64,000 bases of DNA from the NCBI GenBank assembly GCA_002269645.1, contig NIVC01000340.1, positions 186,001 to 250,000 of the forward strand, in the 5' to 3' direction. The DNA comes from Macrostomum lignano. Its lineage: Eukaryota. A model generated the notes under the pieces. The model had not been told where the DNA came from and made no database searches. It was given only the letters and a program-made list of their open reading frames with translations. Below, piece by piece: positions 46,225 to 60,204 of the stretch (position 1 is the stretch's first letter; each line of letters begins with the position of its first letter). Both the position numbers and the translations under genes were made by a program.

Positions 46225-49200
46225 ATTTTAACTAAACAAAACAGCCGCAGGTAATTCTCGCACTGACCTCGCTAACTGGGCAGCCACTGCAGGCGACATC
46301 GCGGAAGTCAGCAGCTGCTCAAGCAGGGCTATTCCAGCTTCGCGGTCGGCAAGCGCGTGCACTAAATCGGCCACGCAGTCCTCCGGACGCGCCGCCAACA
46401 ATAACAGCTGGCCAAGCAGAGCCGGGGCCCTAGCAAACTCGCATCGGCGAAGAGTCCAGTGCAGCGCGCCGGCGAAGTCGCCACGTCGACATAGCAGCGC
46501 CGCTAGCAGATCTTTAGATTTGGCGTTGACGGCGCCGCTAGCGCGCAGCCACTCGGCGCCGGCGTGCAGAGGCGTCGATAGTTTGATAATCCGATCGACC
46601 GGGTCGTCCATCATTTCACTGTCGTCCTCAGCTGGCCTCGGCAGCCGCAGATAGGGCGTCGGTACGTGCCGGGGCGCGCCCTGATGACAGAAAGTGAACA
46701 ACAGGTGCGAAGACACCTCGCCCCACAGGTGCAAACAGCCGTCGCTGTCCAAGGCGCAGTGGATGCCGCGGTCCGAGGCAGCGCGAAGGAGGCCGCCGCT
46801 ACCGTCGCTTCGACGACAGATAGTCGAAGATCGGACCGGCGCTCGCAGCGAGTCCGGGTCAATGTAGGGCACCGACACGAGGGAGCCATCGGGCAGGGAC
46901 ACCTGCAATGCGATATAAACACAACTGGTGAAGTAGGGGTGGAATTGGATATTCCATTGAACTAGTATGTCGCTAACAGTCCAGATTCAACCAATAAGTG
47001 TCCATGAACTAGCATGTCGCTAACAGTCCAGATTCAATCAATAAGTGTCCATGAACTAGCATGTCGCTAGCAGTCCAGATTCAATCCATAAGCGTCCATG
47101 AACTAGCATGTCGCTAGCAGTCCAGATCCAACCAAAGTGTCCATGAACTAGCATGTCGCTAGCAGTCCAGATCCAACCAAAGTGTCCATGAACTAGCATG
47201 TCACTAACAGTCCAGATTCAATCAATGAGCGTCCATGAACTAGCATGTCGCTAACAGTCCAGATTCAATCAATAAGTGTCCATGAACTAGCATGTCACTA
47301 ACAGTCCAGATTCAATCAATAAGTGTCCATGAACTAGCATTCCGCTAACAGTCCAGATTCAATCCACAATCGTCCATGAACTAGCATGTCGCTAACAGTC
47401 CAGATTCAATCAATAAGTGTCCATGAACTAGCATGTCGCTAACAGTCCAGATTCAATCAATAAGTGTCCATGAACTAGCATTCCGCTAACAGTCCAGATT
47501 CAATCCACAAGCGTCCATGAACTAGCATGTCGCTAACAGTCCAGATTCAATCAATAAGCGTCCATGAACTAGCATGTCGCTAACAGTCCAGATTCAATCA
47601 ATAAGTGTCCATGAACTAGCATTCCGCTAACAGTCCAGATTCAATCCACAAGCGTCCATGAACTAGTCCAGTAATATTACAAACCTATTCTCAAGGCAGC
47701 CAGTTTAAGCTGTCAAAGCAAGCCACGCAGTTCGGCATGTCGTGCACGCAAAAATAGCCAGCACAAACACTATTGATAAGAAATGACCAACGAATCAGAG
47801 GCAAAAGTAAGTTTTCTAATTAATTCCTTGAGCGCTAATTATATTGGATAAAGAAAAACTGCTCAAAATCTGCACTTTTAGAAAAGTATTTCATCCATCT
47901 ACTTTACAGCCTGATTAATATAGATTATGCACAAAAATGACACCCTTGAAACAAAAATCACAGCTTCAAGACTAACAATTACGAGCAGGACATGTAAAAA
48001 GGTATCCCGATTTAATATGGAATCCCAATTAGGGGATGGATGATAATCACACCTGATGATAAATCAATCACACCTAAGGATCCCAGTTAGGGGATAAATC
48101 AATCACACCAGTTAGGGGACAAATCAGTCACACCTAAGGATCCCAGTTAGGGGATAAATCTATCACACTTAATGATCCCAGTTAGGGGATAAATCAATCA
48201 CACCTCAAGATCCCAGTTAGGGGATAAATCAATCACACCTAAAGATCCCAGTTAGGGGATAAATCAATCACACCTCAAGATCCCAGTTAGGGGACAAATC
48301 AATCACACCTGAGGATCTATAACTAGGATCGCTGCTCACCAGACACGCCTCGTAGCCGCAGGAGAGCAGCCTCAGGGATCCCGGCGCCGCATCCTTTGGC
48401 GCCAAGTTGCGCACAATTTTTAGCGTAGCCAACTGCAAATTCATGTACCGGCAGAGGCCCCACATGTACAGTCGATTGTCATTTCGGCCAACTGCAACCG
48501 ATAGATAAGCTTTGGTATCGATTTGGGCAATATCTCCAGTCGGTAATAGCTTTCGATTATTGATCCCAGTCAGCTCCAATGGATGTGAGCATTTCTGAGG
48601 CTCTGTGTGCAGCAGCTGATTGCGGCAGTTTGAACCGGAAGCGAACACCCGACCGGAACTGGTCAGGAACAGGGTGTGCTCGCGACCGCAGACTACCCGG
48701 CTGGCTAGCAGGGTTGAGCATTTTAACTGCTGCGAATCTGTGTTGCCAGGATGGTCGGCGTCCTCAGCGATGGTTGAGTCTGCAAGGGAATTGGTTTTAA
48801 TTCTTCACACCTCTGCAAAAAATCTCCTAATGAAGATCTCAACAAATCCCCAAATTAGGGATCTCAATAAATTTCCAAATTAGGGATTTCAATAAATCCT
48901 CTAATTAGGGATTTTAATAAATCCCTAAATTATGGATCTCAATAAATCCCCAAACTAGGGATCTCAATAAATCCCCTAATAAGGGATCTCAATAAATCCC
49001 TAAATTATGGATCTCAATAAATCCCCAAACTAGGGATCTCAATAAATCCCCAAATTAGGGATCTCAATAAATCCCCAAATTATGGATCTCAATAAATCCC
49101 TAAATTAGGGATCTCAATAAATCCCATATTAGGATCTCAATAAATCCTTAAATTAATCCCAAAGCTTGATGAAAAAAAGCACTCAAAGAGCACCAACCAG

Positions 49201-52200
49201 CAGCATCCGGCAGCTGAACCAGCTCAGGTGAGCAGCGGTTCTCTGAGTCGCCAAGGCCCAACTGCCCAAGCGCATTCCAGCCCCAGGTGTACACTCGACC
49301 GTCGTTAATCTCATTTCCAGCAACAATACAAGCGCTAGAATAATGCCCAGCCGATATGTATCGAACAGGACAATTCTCCAATTGGCCAAGAACGGGTCTC
49401 AACTGCATCAATTGCAATTCTTGTTTATCCTCCTCATTAGTTTTATCTTTATTAAATTTGCCAACGCCAAGCTGCCCGTAGGCGTTAGAGCCGGCCGACA
49501 ACAGACAGCCGTTGCTTAGCAACACCAGAGCGTGTCGCAATCCAGCTGAGACTTCCACTACGCCGGGTTGAGTAATAGACAGAGGCGGAGACAGCAGGCT
49601 GGGGCAGTAGACGCGCAGGGTCTGGTTGGCATAGACTATCAGATAGTGCAGAGAGATCGATAGGGCCGTGGCAGAACCTGCCAACAGAGTAGACTGAATC
49701 TGTTTCTGCTTCAATGAGCGGCAGTGCTGCAACTGCCCAGCCAGTAGAGGGCACGGATTTTCTAGACTATTGCTTCTGCTACTCAAACTTGAGCACGCTT
49801 TCAAACCGTAGTAACGGCAGGCCAGCTGGCACCATCGCTTTGTTAGGGGCCTGTGGGGTTGCTGCAATTGAAATATGACAGCATCGTGTGCAGATTTTCC
49901 AGATTTTTATGGGATGTTTATGAGACAGTTTATGGGATGTTTATGAGACAGTTTATGGGATGTTTATGAGACAGTTTATGGGATGTTTATGAGACAGTTT
50001 ATGGGATGTTTATGAGACAGTTTAGGTGATGTTTACGTGATAGTTTAGAGAATGTTTATGACATAGTTAAGGGGATGTTTATGAGACAGTTTAGGGAATA
50101 TTTATGAGACAGTTTATGAGATGTTTATGAGACAGTTTATGAGATGTTTATGAGACAGTAGGGAATGTTTAAGAGACAGTTTAGGGAATGTTTATCAGAC
50201 AGTTTAGGGAATGTTTATGAAACAGTTTAAGGGATGTTTATAAGACAGTTTAAGGGATGTTTATGAGACAGTTTAGGGGATGTTTATGAGACAGTTTATG
50301 GGATGTTTATGAGACAGTTTATGGGATGTTTATGAGACAGTTTATGGGATGTTTATGAGACAGTTTATGGGATGTTTATGAGACAGTTTATGGGATGTTT
50401 ATGAGACAGTTTATGGGATGTTTATGAGACAGTTTAGGTGATGTTTACGTGATAGTTTAGAGAATGTTTATGACATAGTTAAGGGGATGTTTATGAGACA
50501 GTTTAGGGAATATTTATGAGACAGTTTATGAGATGTTTATGAGACAGTTTATGAGATGTTTATGAGACAGTAGGGAATGTTTAAGAGACAGTTTAGGGAA
50601 TGTTTATCAGACAGTTTAGGGAATGTTTATGAAACAGTTTAAGGGATGTTTATAAGACAGTTTAAGGGATGTTTATGAGACAGTTTAGGGGATGTTTATC
50701 AGACAGTTGAGGGAATGTTTATAAGATAGTTTAAGAGACAGTTTAAGGGATGTTTAAGAGACAGTTTAAGGCATGTTTAAGAGACAGTTTAGGGAATGTT
50801 TATGAGAATATTTCGTGAATGTTTACAAGACAGTTTACGGTATAATTATAAAGCTTTGGATCGTTGGAGCTCTTCAAAGGACAATAGTTTAAGTGCAGTA
50901 CAAAATACTATAGGATTCGAACCACCAAAGATCAAACTCGCCCCCACCTTGTTAATAAGGAACCAAGTAGGCGACCCGTCGGGATGAAACCAGCCTTCCA
51001 GGATCTGCTCAAGTCCGCGTCCTTCGGCACCGGCCAAGATCAGCTGTTCAAGTCGCGAGTCAACGGCGTCGCAAAGCGCGTCCAACGGATGCTCGGCGCC
51101 AGTCTGCAGCGCGCCGTTGATCAATTCGGCCGGCAGGAGGCGCAGAAATTGGCGCAGGGTGTGCGTGGCCAGGCGCGGAGACGCCGGCGCCAGAGAGGCG
51201 ACCCGGTCGAGAACGGCGGCGAGGCATTCGGAGATGCAGCGCAGATTCTGAGTTGGGGATCAATGACGGATGGGAAACAGCTGACAGGTGATGGGACACA
51301 ATTAGGGAATGCGGAACCCATGCAGATTCCATGATTTTGTGGGATTCTGGGCTGACGGACATGGGATTAGATGATGCAGATCTTATGGATCTGAGGGAGG
51401 ATCTGGGATTATAGGGAGTATTAACAGGGGTCCGGAATTTCGAAGAGGATCAATGGGGGCTTGGGATTTCGTAGAGGATTAGTTGGGATTTGAGATTTCG
51501 AAGAGGATCAATGGGGATTTGAGATTTTCTGAGAGGATCAATGGGGATTTGGGATTTCGGAGAGGATCAATGGGGATTTGAGATTTTCTGAGAGGATCAA
51601 TGGGGATTTGAGATTTTCTGAGAGGATCAATGGGGATTTGGGATTTCGAAGAGGATCAATGGGGATTTGGGATTTTCTGAGAGGATCAATGGGGATTTGA
51701 GATTTTCGGAGAGGATCAATGGGGATTTGGGATTTTCTGAGAGGATCAATGGGGATTTGAGATTTTCTGAGAGGATCAATGGGGATTTGGGATTTTCGGA
51801 GAGGATCAATGGGGATTTGGGATTTTCGGAGAGGATCAATGGGGATCTGGGATTTCGGAGAGGATCAATGGGGATCTGGGATTTCGGAGAGGATCAATGG
51901 GGATCTGGGATTTCGGAGAGGATCAATGGGGATCTGGGATTTCGGAGAGGATTAATGGGGATCTGGGATTTTATACAAGTTTCCCTTAAGACAGATTAAG
52001 AACGCATAGGCTTAACTGAAGATCATTGTAGGCGGGGCAGATACAGAAGATTTAAAACAGGAACTCGACATGATTAGCAAAGTAAAAAAGCCTTTCTGTC
52101 AATCAGAAATAATTAAAACGGCGATGCAGACAGAAGTGTTGAAGACAAAAAACAGAAGAAAAAAAGTACGCAAAATGCAGTGGACAACAACAGTAAATAG

Positions 52201-54475
52201 TATATTGAGTTCTGATTCTATATAGACTACTGTTATAGACTAACCTATACTCGTATTGATCCAGGATGTGTGATATGCTCTATAGGCCTGGTTAGTGCTA
52301 ATTAGTGTCGTGTCAGTAAAACTCTGTGTACTGAATCTGCAGCTTTTGGACTCACCTCTTGCGTCTGCTTATTATTTGCGCATATACGTACATGGCAACT
52401 AATTAATGCATTTATTCTGCTAGTTTTTGCGTCAACAATACCCCTGATTAGTATTGGTGTTTATCATTGTGTAGTCTGGCGACATCTTGAAAAACTATAA
52501 GGCAATGTTGCTAATTAGCCTTGACTGACACTAATAGCAACAATAAACTGACACTAATAGCAATAAAAAACTGACACTAATAGCAATAGTAAACTGACAC
52601 TAATAGCAACAATAAACTGACACTAATAGCAATACTAAACTGACACTAATAGCAATACTAAACTGACACTAATAGCAATACTAAACTGACACCAATAGCA
52701 ACAATAAATTGACACTAATAGCAATACTAAACTGACACTAATAGCAATAGTAAACTGACACTAATAGCAATACTAAACTGACACTAATAGCAATAAAAAA
52801 CTGACACTAATAGCAATAGTAAACTGACACTAATAGCAATAGTAAACTGACACTAATAGCAATACTAAACTGACACTAATAGCAATACTAAACTGACACT
52901 AATAGCAATACTAAACTGACACTAATAGCAATACTAAACTGACACTAATAGCAACGGGTCGCTTTCACAAGCCCTAAATTTCACAACGTCGCAAGACACA
53001 AACTTTCATAAGCTCTAAATTTCATAAACCCTAATTTTCACATCGTCGAAAAGTTGTGCACAGTATTTCACAAGCTCCAAATTTCACAAGCTCTAAATTT
53101 CACAACGTCGAAAACAAAACTTGCATCAGACTGCATAAACTATAAATTTCACAAGCCATACTTTTCATAAGATCTAATTTTCACAACATCGAAAAGTTGT
53201 GCACAGAATTTCACAAGCTCTAAATTTCACAAGCTCTAAATTTCACAAGCTCTAAATTTCACAAGCTCTAAATTTCACAAGCTCTAAATTTCACAAGCTC
53301 TAAATTTCACAAGCTCTAAATTTCACAACGCCTAAAAACACTATGGAGATACAATCTTTCAGACGTGCTTTTAGACGTTGTGAATTTAGGTCTTGTGAAA
53401 GATTGTATCTCCATAGTGTTTTTAGGCGTTGTGAAATTTAGAGCTTGTGAAATTTAGAGCTTGTGAAATTTAGAGCTTCTGAAAATAGAAGCAAATTTAA
53501 TTTTCGACGTTGTGATATTTAGGGTTTGTGAAATTTAGGGTTTGTGAAATTTAGAGATAGTGAAATTTAGGGCTTTTGAAATTCTGTGCATTCCTTTTAG
53601 GTGTTATGAAATTTAGGGCTTGTGAAATTTAGGTCTTGTGAAATCTGCTGCATTGCTTATTTTCGACGTTTTGAAAATTAAAGTTTATGAAATATAGGTC
53701 TTATGAAAGGTTCTGGTTTCGACGTTGCGAAAATTAGGGTTTGTGAAACGACCCTATAGCAACAATAAACTGACACTAATAGCAATAATAAACTGACACT
53801 AATAGCAACAATAAACTGACACTAATAGCAATACTAAACTGACACTAATAGCAATAATAAACTGACACTAATAGCAATAATAAACTGACACTAATAGCAA
53901 TAATAAACTGACACTAAAAGCAATAATAAACTGACACTAATAGCAATAATAAACTGACACTAATAGCAATACTAAACTGACACTAATAGCAATACTAAAC
54001 TGACACTAATAGCAATACTAAACTGACACTAATAGCAACAACTGAGGTTAAAAATGAGCAAAACCCAAACAGCTACTAAAAGCAGCACCCACCAACGCAA
54101 GCAGAGCAGCCGCCTCAAACAGTCCGCCATTGATGAGGACTTTCAAAGCGCCGCCGGAATCCAGAAACTGGCCGTGAGCGAAGCAGAACTGCAGCAGCAT
54201 CTGGCGCCGCTGTCGCTCTCGCTGGCGACACAATTCGACGCTGTTGCCGGCCACTTTGTCTTCGTCGGCCGCGGCGGCGTCCTGAGCGGCGCAGGTCAGC
54301 GCCAGAAGGGCGGCGGTACGGCAGGCGCCGTGATTGGCCGGCGGCTCCATTCGGCTGAGCGCCGCCGCTGCCCCCAACAGGAACTCCACCAGGCGGCTGA
54401 ACAGGTGGCCTCGGCTGGCCGGGTCCGCGTCTGCTGTGCCGCTGAGGGGGGTACGGAGATATAAACAGATAGATG

Positions 54476-54531
<56 letters not shown>

Positions 54532-54544
54532 CACAGACAGACAC

Positions 54545-54619
<75 letters not shown>

Positions 54620-57600
54620 GGCAGACAGACGGACAGACAGACACTCACTCGCCACTCCCATCGCTCCATCCGCAGGCCAGGACATGCGCCAGCTTCTTGC
54701 CGGCGCCGCCGCCTCCGCCGCCGCAGAACCGATGCGCACAGTCGTCGGCCATGTCAAGCCGCTGATTGGCCAGCAGGTGGCGGCTGGCCAGCTCGAACAG
54801 GTTATGCACGTCGAGTTTCAAACCGACGCCAAGGCGTTGGGCTACGTCGGCGCCGCGGGTGACGGCGGAGGTCAGGAAAGCGAGCTCGGGAGCCCGGCGG
54901 CACGGCAGGGCGAGGCAGCCGCCGCGGTGGCAAACCAGCAGGGTCGGCAAGACGGTCAGCTTCGCCTCCGCCGAATGCTGCTGATGGTTCTGACGGCCTC
55001 CTCGGAGCGGGAGACCGCGCCAAGACGGCGTCGAAGGTTCTGATGAAGAGGACGAGGGAGGAGTCAGCAGGCAGGCGGTGAGGAAGCGGCCGACAGCCAG
55101 GCCGGTGTCCAGCGACACCAATATGGAGGCGGCGAACTGCGGACCTACCTGGGAAAAGAGGATTTTTCGATAGGGACAGAGTTGTTGAGATCCCATTGAG
55201 ATCGAAAGTTCACAGAAAAATTACTGATCCCACATTAAAGTTTCAAATACAAACTTCCCATACCCAGATCATAACTTTCCATACACAGATCAAAACTTTC
55301 GATACCTGAATCCCAATTTCCGAGACCCAGATCCCAACTCCCCTACCTAGCTCGTAGATCCCAACTTCCCGTACCCAGATCCCAAGATCCCAAATTCCTA
55401 TACAGGTCCCAAATTTCCCTACACAGATCCCAATTTCCCATACCTAGATCCCAACTTTCCGTTACCAGATCCCAACTTCCCAGGCCAGATTCAAACTTGT
55501 CATACTCAGATCCCAACTACTCATATCCGGACCCCAACTTCCCATATCCAGATCCCAACTTCCCAAGCCAGATTCAAACTTGCTATAACCCAGATCCCAG
55601 CTGAATCCTATTCTCACCTGATCCCAGCTGGCCTTCCCAGACAAGCTGCACAGGTGCCTGCACTGCACAGTGAGCGCCAGTCTGCCATTATCGCTACGAT
55701 GCAAACAATAAATGAGAGCATAGTCCAGTTCGAATTGTATGGTCCGACAGGGTATAACGTAGGTGTACAAGGCGTTAGTAAAATCGTTAGGCAGATATAG
55801 TAACAGCCGATCCTGCTCTAGATTGCTATTTTGAATGTGGCAGTAGACAAATTTACTAGCCGCACTAGTGGCGGATTGACAGCTTGGCGCTACGGCTGTC
55901 ACGAAGCCCAGCTGGTTGCGTTGGCAACGAAGTCGATCAACGGAACCCGGATCCGAGCGGAATTCAACAGGTTCGCCAATTGGCGCCGACGATGAGTGCT
56001 TGCTTTTGGAAAAATGTTTTGCGTGTTTCGTAAACTTTGTAGACTCGTGGGTAGTAGATGAAGAAGGTTGCTGTTGATTTTGGTTTGTAACTGGAGGAAG
56101 TGCAGCCTGTACTTTGAACTGATCACCGCTTCGGCTTGTCACCTGGAAAAGAGTTCGTAGACGAAAAATAACTTCTATAATAATTAGTAAGCTTTAAAAC
56201 ATTTATGGATAAATAAAATCATACATATTCGATATGATACTTACAAGCATAGTAGGACTTGAATCGGCAATAGACGGATCAAAATAAGTGGCCAGTGCAA
56301 CGATGGAGGAACAAACAGCTTGTTTAGAGTAGAACTGGCCAGAGTCTGGACTGTAGTAGTGCAAGTGACCCGACTGCAAATTGGGAAAAGTACAGTGGAG
56401 CAAGTTTAAACAGACGTTTCTGCGGCAGGTGACGAGAATAACCTGTACTTCCCAACTTCGGTTAGAGCGAGAGAAGAGCCGCGGCGTGAGGTGGGTGGCC
56501 GTTAGTGCGTCAGGGGACGAGAATAAATTGGAAGCAGAGAGATAAGAGCCGCGGCATGAGGTGGGTGGCTGTTTGTGCGGCGGGGGACGAGGATGAATTG
56601 GAATCAGGGAGAGATAAGAGCCGCGGCATGAGGTGGGTGGCTGTTTGTGCGGCGGGGGACGAGGATGAATTGGAATCAGGGAGAGATAAGAGCCGCGGCA
56701 TGAGGTGGGTGGCTGTTTGTGCGGCGGGGGACGAGGATGAATTGGAATCAGGGAGAGATAAGAGCCGCGGCATGAGGTGGGTGACTGTTTGTGCGGCGGG
56801 GGACGAGAAAAAAAATTGCAGTGCGTTATAACTAGCTAAAAGTCGAGAATTTTTCTGAGTGAGGTGGGTACTCGCCTGTGCGGCAGGAGAAGAATAAATT
56901 GAAAAAATTCCGCAATTGTAAAGTGCAAATAACTTACTGAACTGGCAATAACAATAAAGCGCCTTTGATTTGAGCCAAATGCAAAGGCGACAGCGCAATC
57001 GGAACCGTGACTTGACAGCGGCGGTCGAATCTCCAGCGTAGACGTATGCGAGACGAGGCGTCCAGGCCTCTGTCTAGATTGAGATTTCTGCCAATACACA
57101 GGACATGATGAATGAGCCTGATTGTACAGGACATGATGAATGAGTCTGATTGTACAGGACATGATGAATGAGCCTGATTGTACAGGACATGATGAATGAG
57201 CCTGACTGTACAGGACATGATGAATGAGCCTGACTGTACAGGACATGATGAATGAGCCTGATTGTACAGGACATGATGAATGAGCCTGACTGTACAGGAC
57301 ATGATGAATGAGTCTGATTGTACAGGACATGATGAATGAGTCTGATTGTACAGGACATGATGAATGAGCCTGACTGTACAGGACATGATGAATGAGTCTG
57401 ATTGTACAGGACATGATGAATGAGCCTGACTGTACAGGACATGATGAATGAGTCTGATTGTACAGGACATGATGAATGAGTCTGATTGTACAGGACATGA
57501 TGAATGAGCCTGATTGTACAGGACATGATGAATGAGTCTGATTGTACAGGACATGATGAATGAGCCTGATTGTAGAGGACATGATGAATGAGCCTGACTG

Positions 57601-59036
57601 TACAGGACATGATGAATGAGCCTGACTGTACAGGACACGATGAGTGAGCCTGATTGTACAGGACACGATGAGTGAGCCTGACTGTACAGGACACGATGTG
57701 TGAGCCTGACTGTACAGGACATGATGAATGAGCCTGACTGTACAGGACATGATGAATGAGCCTGATTGTACAGGACACGATGAATGAGCCTGACTGTACA
57801 GGACATGATGAGCGAGCCTGACTGTACAGGACATGATGAATGAGTCTGATTGTAGAGGACATGATGAATGAGCCTGACTGTACAGGACATGATGAATGAG
57901 CCTGACTGTACAGGACATGATGAATGAGCCTGACTGTACAGGACATGATGAATGAGTCTGATTGTAGAGGACATGATGAATGAGCCTGACTGTACAGGAC
58001 ACGATGAGTGAGCCTGATTGTACAGGACACGATGAGTGAGCCTGACTGTACAGGACACGATGAGTGAGCCTGACTGTACAGGACATGATGAATGAGCCTG
58101 ATTGTACAGGACACGATGAATGAGCCTGACTGTACAGGACATGATGAATGAGCCTGATTGTACAGGACACGATGAATGAGCCTGACTGTACAGGACACGA
58201 TGAATGAGCCTGACTGTACAGGACATGATGAATGAGTCTGATTGTACAGGACATGATGAATGAGCCTGACTGTACAGGACATGATGAATGAGTCTGATTG
58301 TACAGGACATGATGAATGAGTCTGATTGTACAGGACATGATGAATGAGCCTGACTGTACAGGACATGATGAGCGAGCCTGACTGTACAGGACATGATGAG
58401 CTTGAGCACAATACATGATTGAAGTCACAAGTCTTCCCAACATCCCAGCTTACCCAGTAAGCAGTCATTGGTATTAGCTGCAGCACAGAGTTGCGCAAAA
58501 TACCGATAGAAGAGCCGCACGGGGACATGCAGACATCCCTGATCTGACCAGACTCAAAGGCCGCTTGTGTTGAAGACGCACCGCTGCCCGGCATGGGCAG
58601 TGCCAGTTTAGTAGGCGCAGCTCTCAAATCGTTAATCCAGATTAGCAGGAGATAATCTGCACGATTGATGAAGAAAATGAGAAAGATTTGAACAAATCAG
58701 AGAATCAAACAGGAATCAATAATTAATCAAACAAATTTCCGATGCAATAATTCTATAAAAAGCAACAACTTTGAGCTGGAAATACAATTTCATGACTAAG
58801 TTTCAATATCCTCAAGCGATAGGGGGGCTCTTAAATTAGAATCGGGTTTTTGCAGAGCCAGTTAAAATAAAATCCTTTTTAAAAAGGAAACGATTTTTTT
58901 AAATTTTCAAGTTCATTAACCCCGGCAGGTAAGCAGCAAAAGCAGCAGGTTGATTAACCTTGTTTTTTATGACTAACTACTGTCCGTCTGTCTGTCTGTC
59001 TGCCTTAGTGTCTGTCTGTCTGTCTGTCTGCCTGTG

Positions 59037-59087
<51 letters not shown>

Positions 59088-59142
59088 CTGCCTGTCTGTC
59101 TGTCTGCCTTAGTGTCTGTCTGTCCGTCTGTGTGTCTGTCTG

Positions 59143-59215
<73 letters not shown>

Positions 59216-59258
59216 GCCTTAGTGTCTGTCTGTCCGTCTGTCTGTCTGTCTGCCTTAG

Positions 59259-59309
<51 letters not shown>

Positions 59310-59366
59310 CTGCCTGTCTGTCTGTCTGCCTTAGTGTCTGTCTGTCCGTCTGTGTGTCTGTCTGTG

Positions 59367-59403
<37 letters not shown>

Positions 59404-59486
59404 GCCTTAGTGTCTGTCTGTCCGTCTGTCTGTCTGTCTGCCTTAGTGTCTGTCTGTGTGTCTGTCTGTCTGTCTGTCTGTCTTAG

Positions 59487-59541
<55 letters not shown>

Positions 59542-59937
59542 CAAGAATATATAATATTTGAAAATGCCTCATTCGATTGATAACATATAAACACTTATTT
59601 GTATATTAGTTTATACATAACGATACACATCGATACATTTCGGCAGATTTGATAGCAAAATCTTACCATTTGCAGCGGAACTCCCTCCAGCTCCGCCCTG
59701 GGGTGAGCAGACTCCATAAAGTAGATCCCCATTGTGTAGCTGCGCTGCAATCGAATCTGCGTCGACGACGCCACAATCCGTGGCGAAAGTCGACGACGAC
59801 AACGGCGACTGGGGACGCCAGAGTCGCAGATGGCTGAATCGAGCATCCCGGAGCTGCAGCAGGCGCGAGAGGCCCCCGCCGTACAGGCTATGCCAGATTT
59901 CACTCTGCGTGCCTGTAGCTGAGACGGCGCTGGACAT
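45495..59937 (-). CDS. Large RCC1-repeat protein with N-terminal propeller-like region and C-terminal Cys motif; claret/GLO-4-like putative Rab32/38 GEF (~1527 aa, 12 exons)
   Basis: Exons 59937-59667, 58656-58454, 57087-56938, 56373-56245, 56142-55618, 55148-54649, 54441-54093, 51247-50948, 49861-49198, 48779-48340, 46902-46268, 45912-45495; all phases consistent, 4584 nt. RCC1 repeats: [72 protein letters not shown]-terminus WHFACCG...CPVC. The gene model is stronger than the family label. Confidence 0.7.
46960..47668. repeat. 47-bp intronic minisatellite (CCATGAACTAGCATGTCGCTAACAGTCCAGATTC...)
   Basis: CCATGAAC at 47002 and 47049. Confidence 0.92.
48040..48325. repeat. ~35-bp intronic minisatellite (CCCAGTTAGGGGATAAATCAATCACACC...)
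   Basis: Direct inspection. Confidence 0.85.
48845..49150. repeat. 25-bp intronic minisatellite (AAATTAGGGATCTCAATAAATCCCC)
   Basis: AAATTAGGG at 48852 and 48877. Confidence 0.88.
49905..50800. repeat. 23-bp intronic minisatellite (GAGACAGTTTATGGGATGTTTAT) with ~412-bp block duplication
   Basis: Period 23; variant block TTTAGGTGATGTTTACGTG at 50021 and 50433. Confidence 0.92.
51425..51970. repeat. 29-30-bp intronic minisatellite (GGGGATTTGGGATTTTCTGAGAGGATCAAT)
   Basis: Period 30 at 51661-51840. Confidence 0.9.
52520..54040. repeat. 23-bp minisatellite (AAACTGACACTAATAGCAATACT) split by an insertion at 52956-53754
   Basis: Same unit on both sides of the insertion. Confidence 0.92.
52956..53754. 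mobile_element. Non-autonomous foldback/MULE-like palindromic DNA transposon
   Basis: Ends GGGTCGCTTTCACAA...TTGTGAAACGACCC; long imperfect arms built from 17-bp AAATTTCACAAGCTCTA subrepeats; flanks AATAGCAAC / TATAGCAAC (8-9-bp TSD). Confidence 0.75.
54470..54642. repeat. (GACA)n forming nearly the whole of intron 6
   Basis: Direct inspection. Confidence 0.95.
56470..56900. repeat. 72-bp intronic minisatellite
   Basis: GATAAGAGCC at 56541 and 56613; 24-aa periodic ORFs. Confidence 0.88.
57097..58400. repeat. 28-bp intronic minisatellite (TACAGGACATGATGAATGAGCCTGATTG)
   Basis: TACAGG at 57125 and 57153. Confidence 0.95.
58980..59542. repeat. (TCTG)n with CCTTAGTG interruptions
   Basis: Direct inspection. 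Confidence 0.93.
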
Positions 59938-60204
59938 AAAATGTATTATAATTTATTTTGTGAAACTAGATATAAAAGTCATAATTAACAGTTTTCATGC
60001 AGCATACTAATGTAAAACAAAAACTGTGGACTCCAGTACGAGCTCGTTAGCTAGCCATCAGATAATTAGTGCTTTGAGTTCTTTATAGTACATGAACGGT
60101 CAAATAGAAAGATTTTCGAGTACTAATGAGTGCGTTGAAAGGTGATTTATACTTGTACTACATGCCTTCTATTGTACTATAGCTCGATTATTGACATACA
60201 TGTA

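Noticed and set aside
44065-47668. 34-bp and 47-bp arrays superficially like CRISPR repeats
   Set aside because: Head-to-tail units with no unique spacers, no cas genes, and a eukaryotic context.
53510-53640. TTTAGGG heptamers suggesting telomeric repeats
   Set aside because: They are parts of the 17-bp subrepeats of the foldback element, not tandem telomere arrays.
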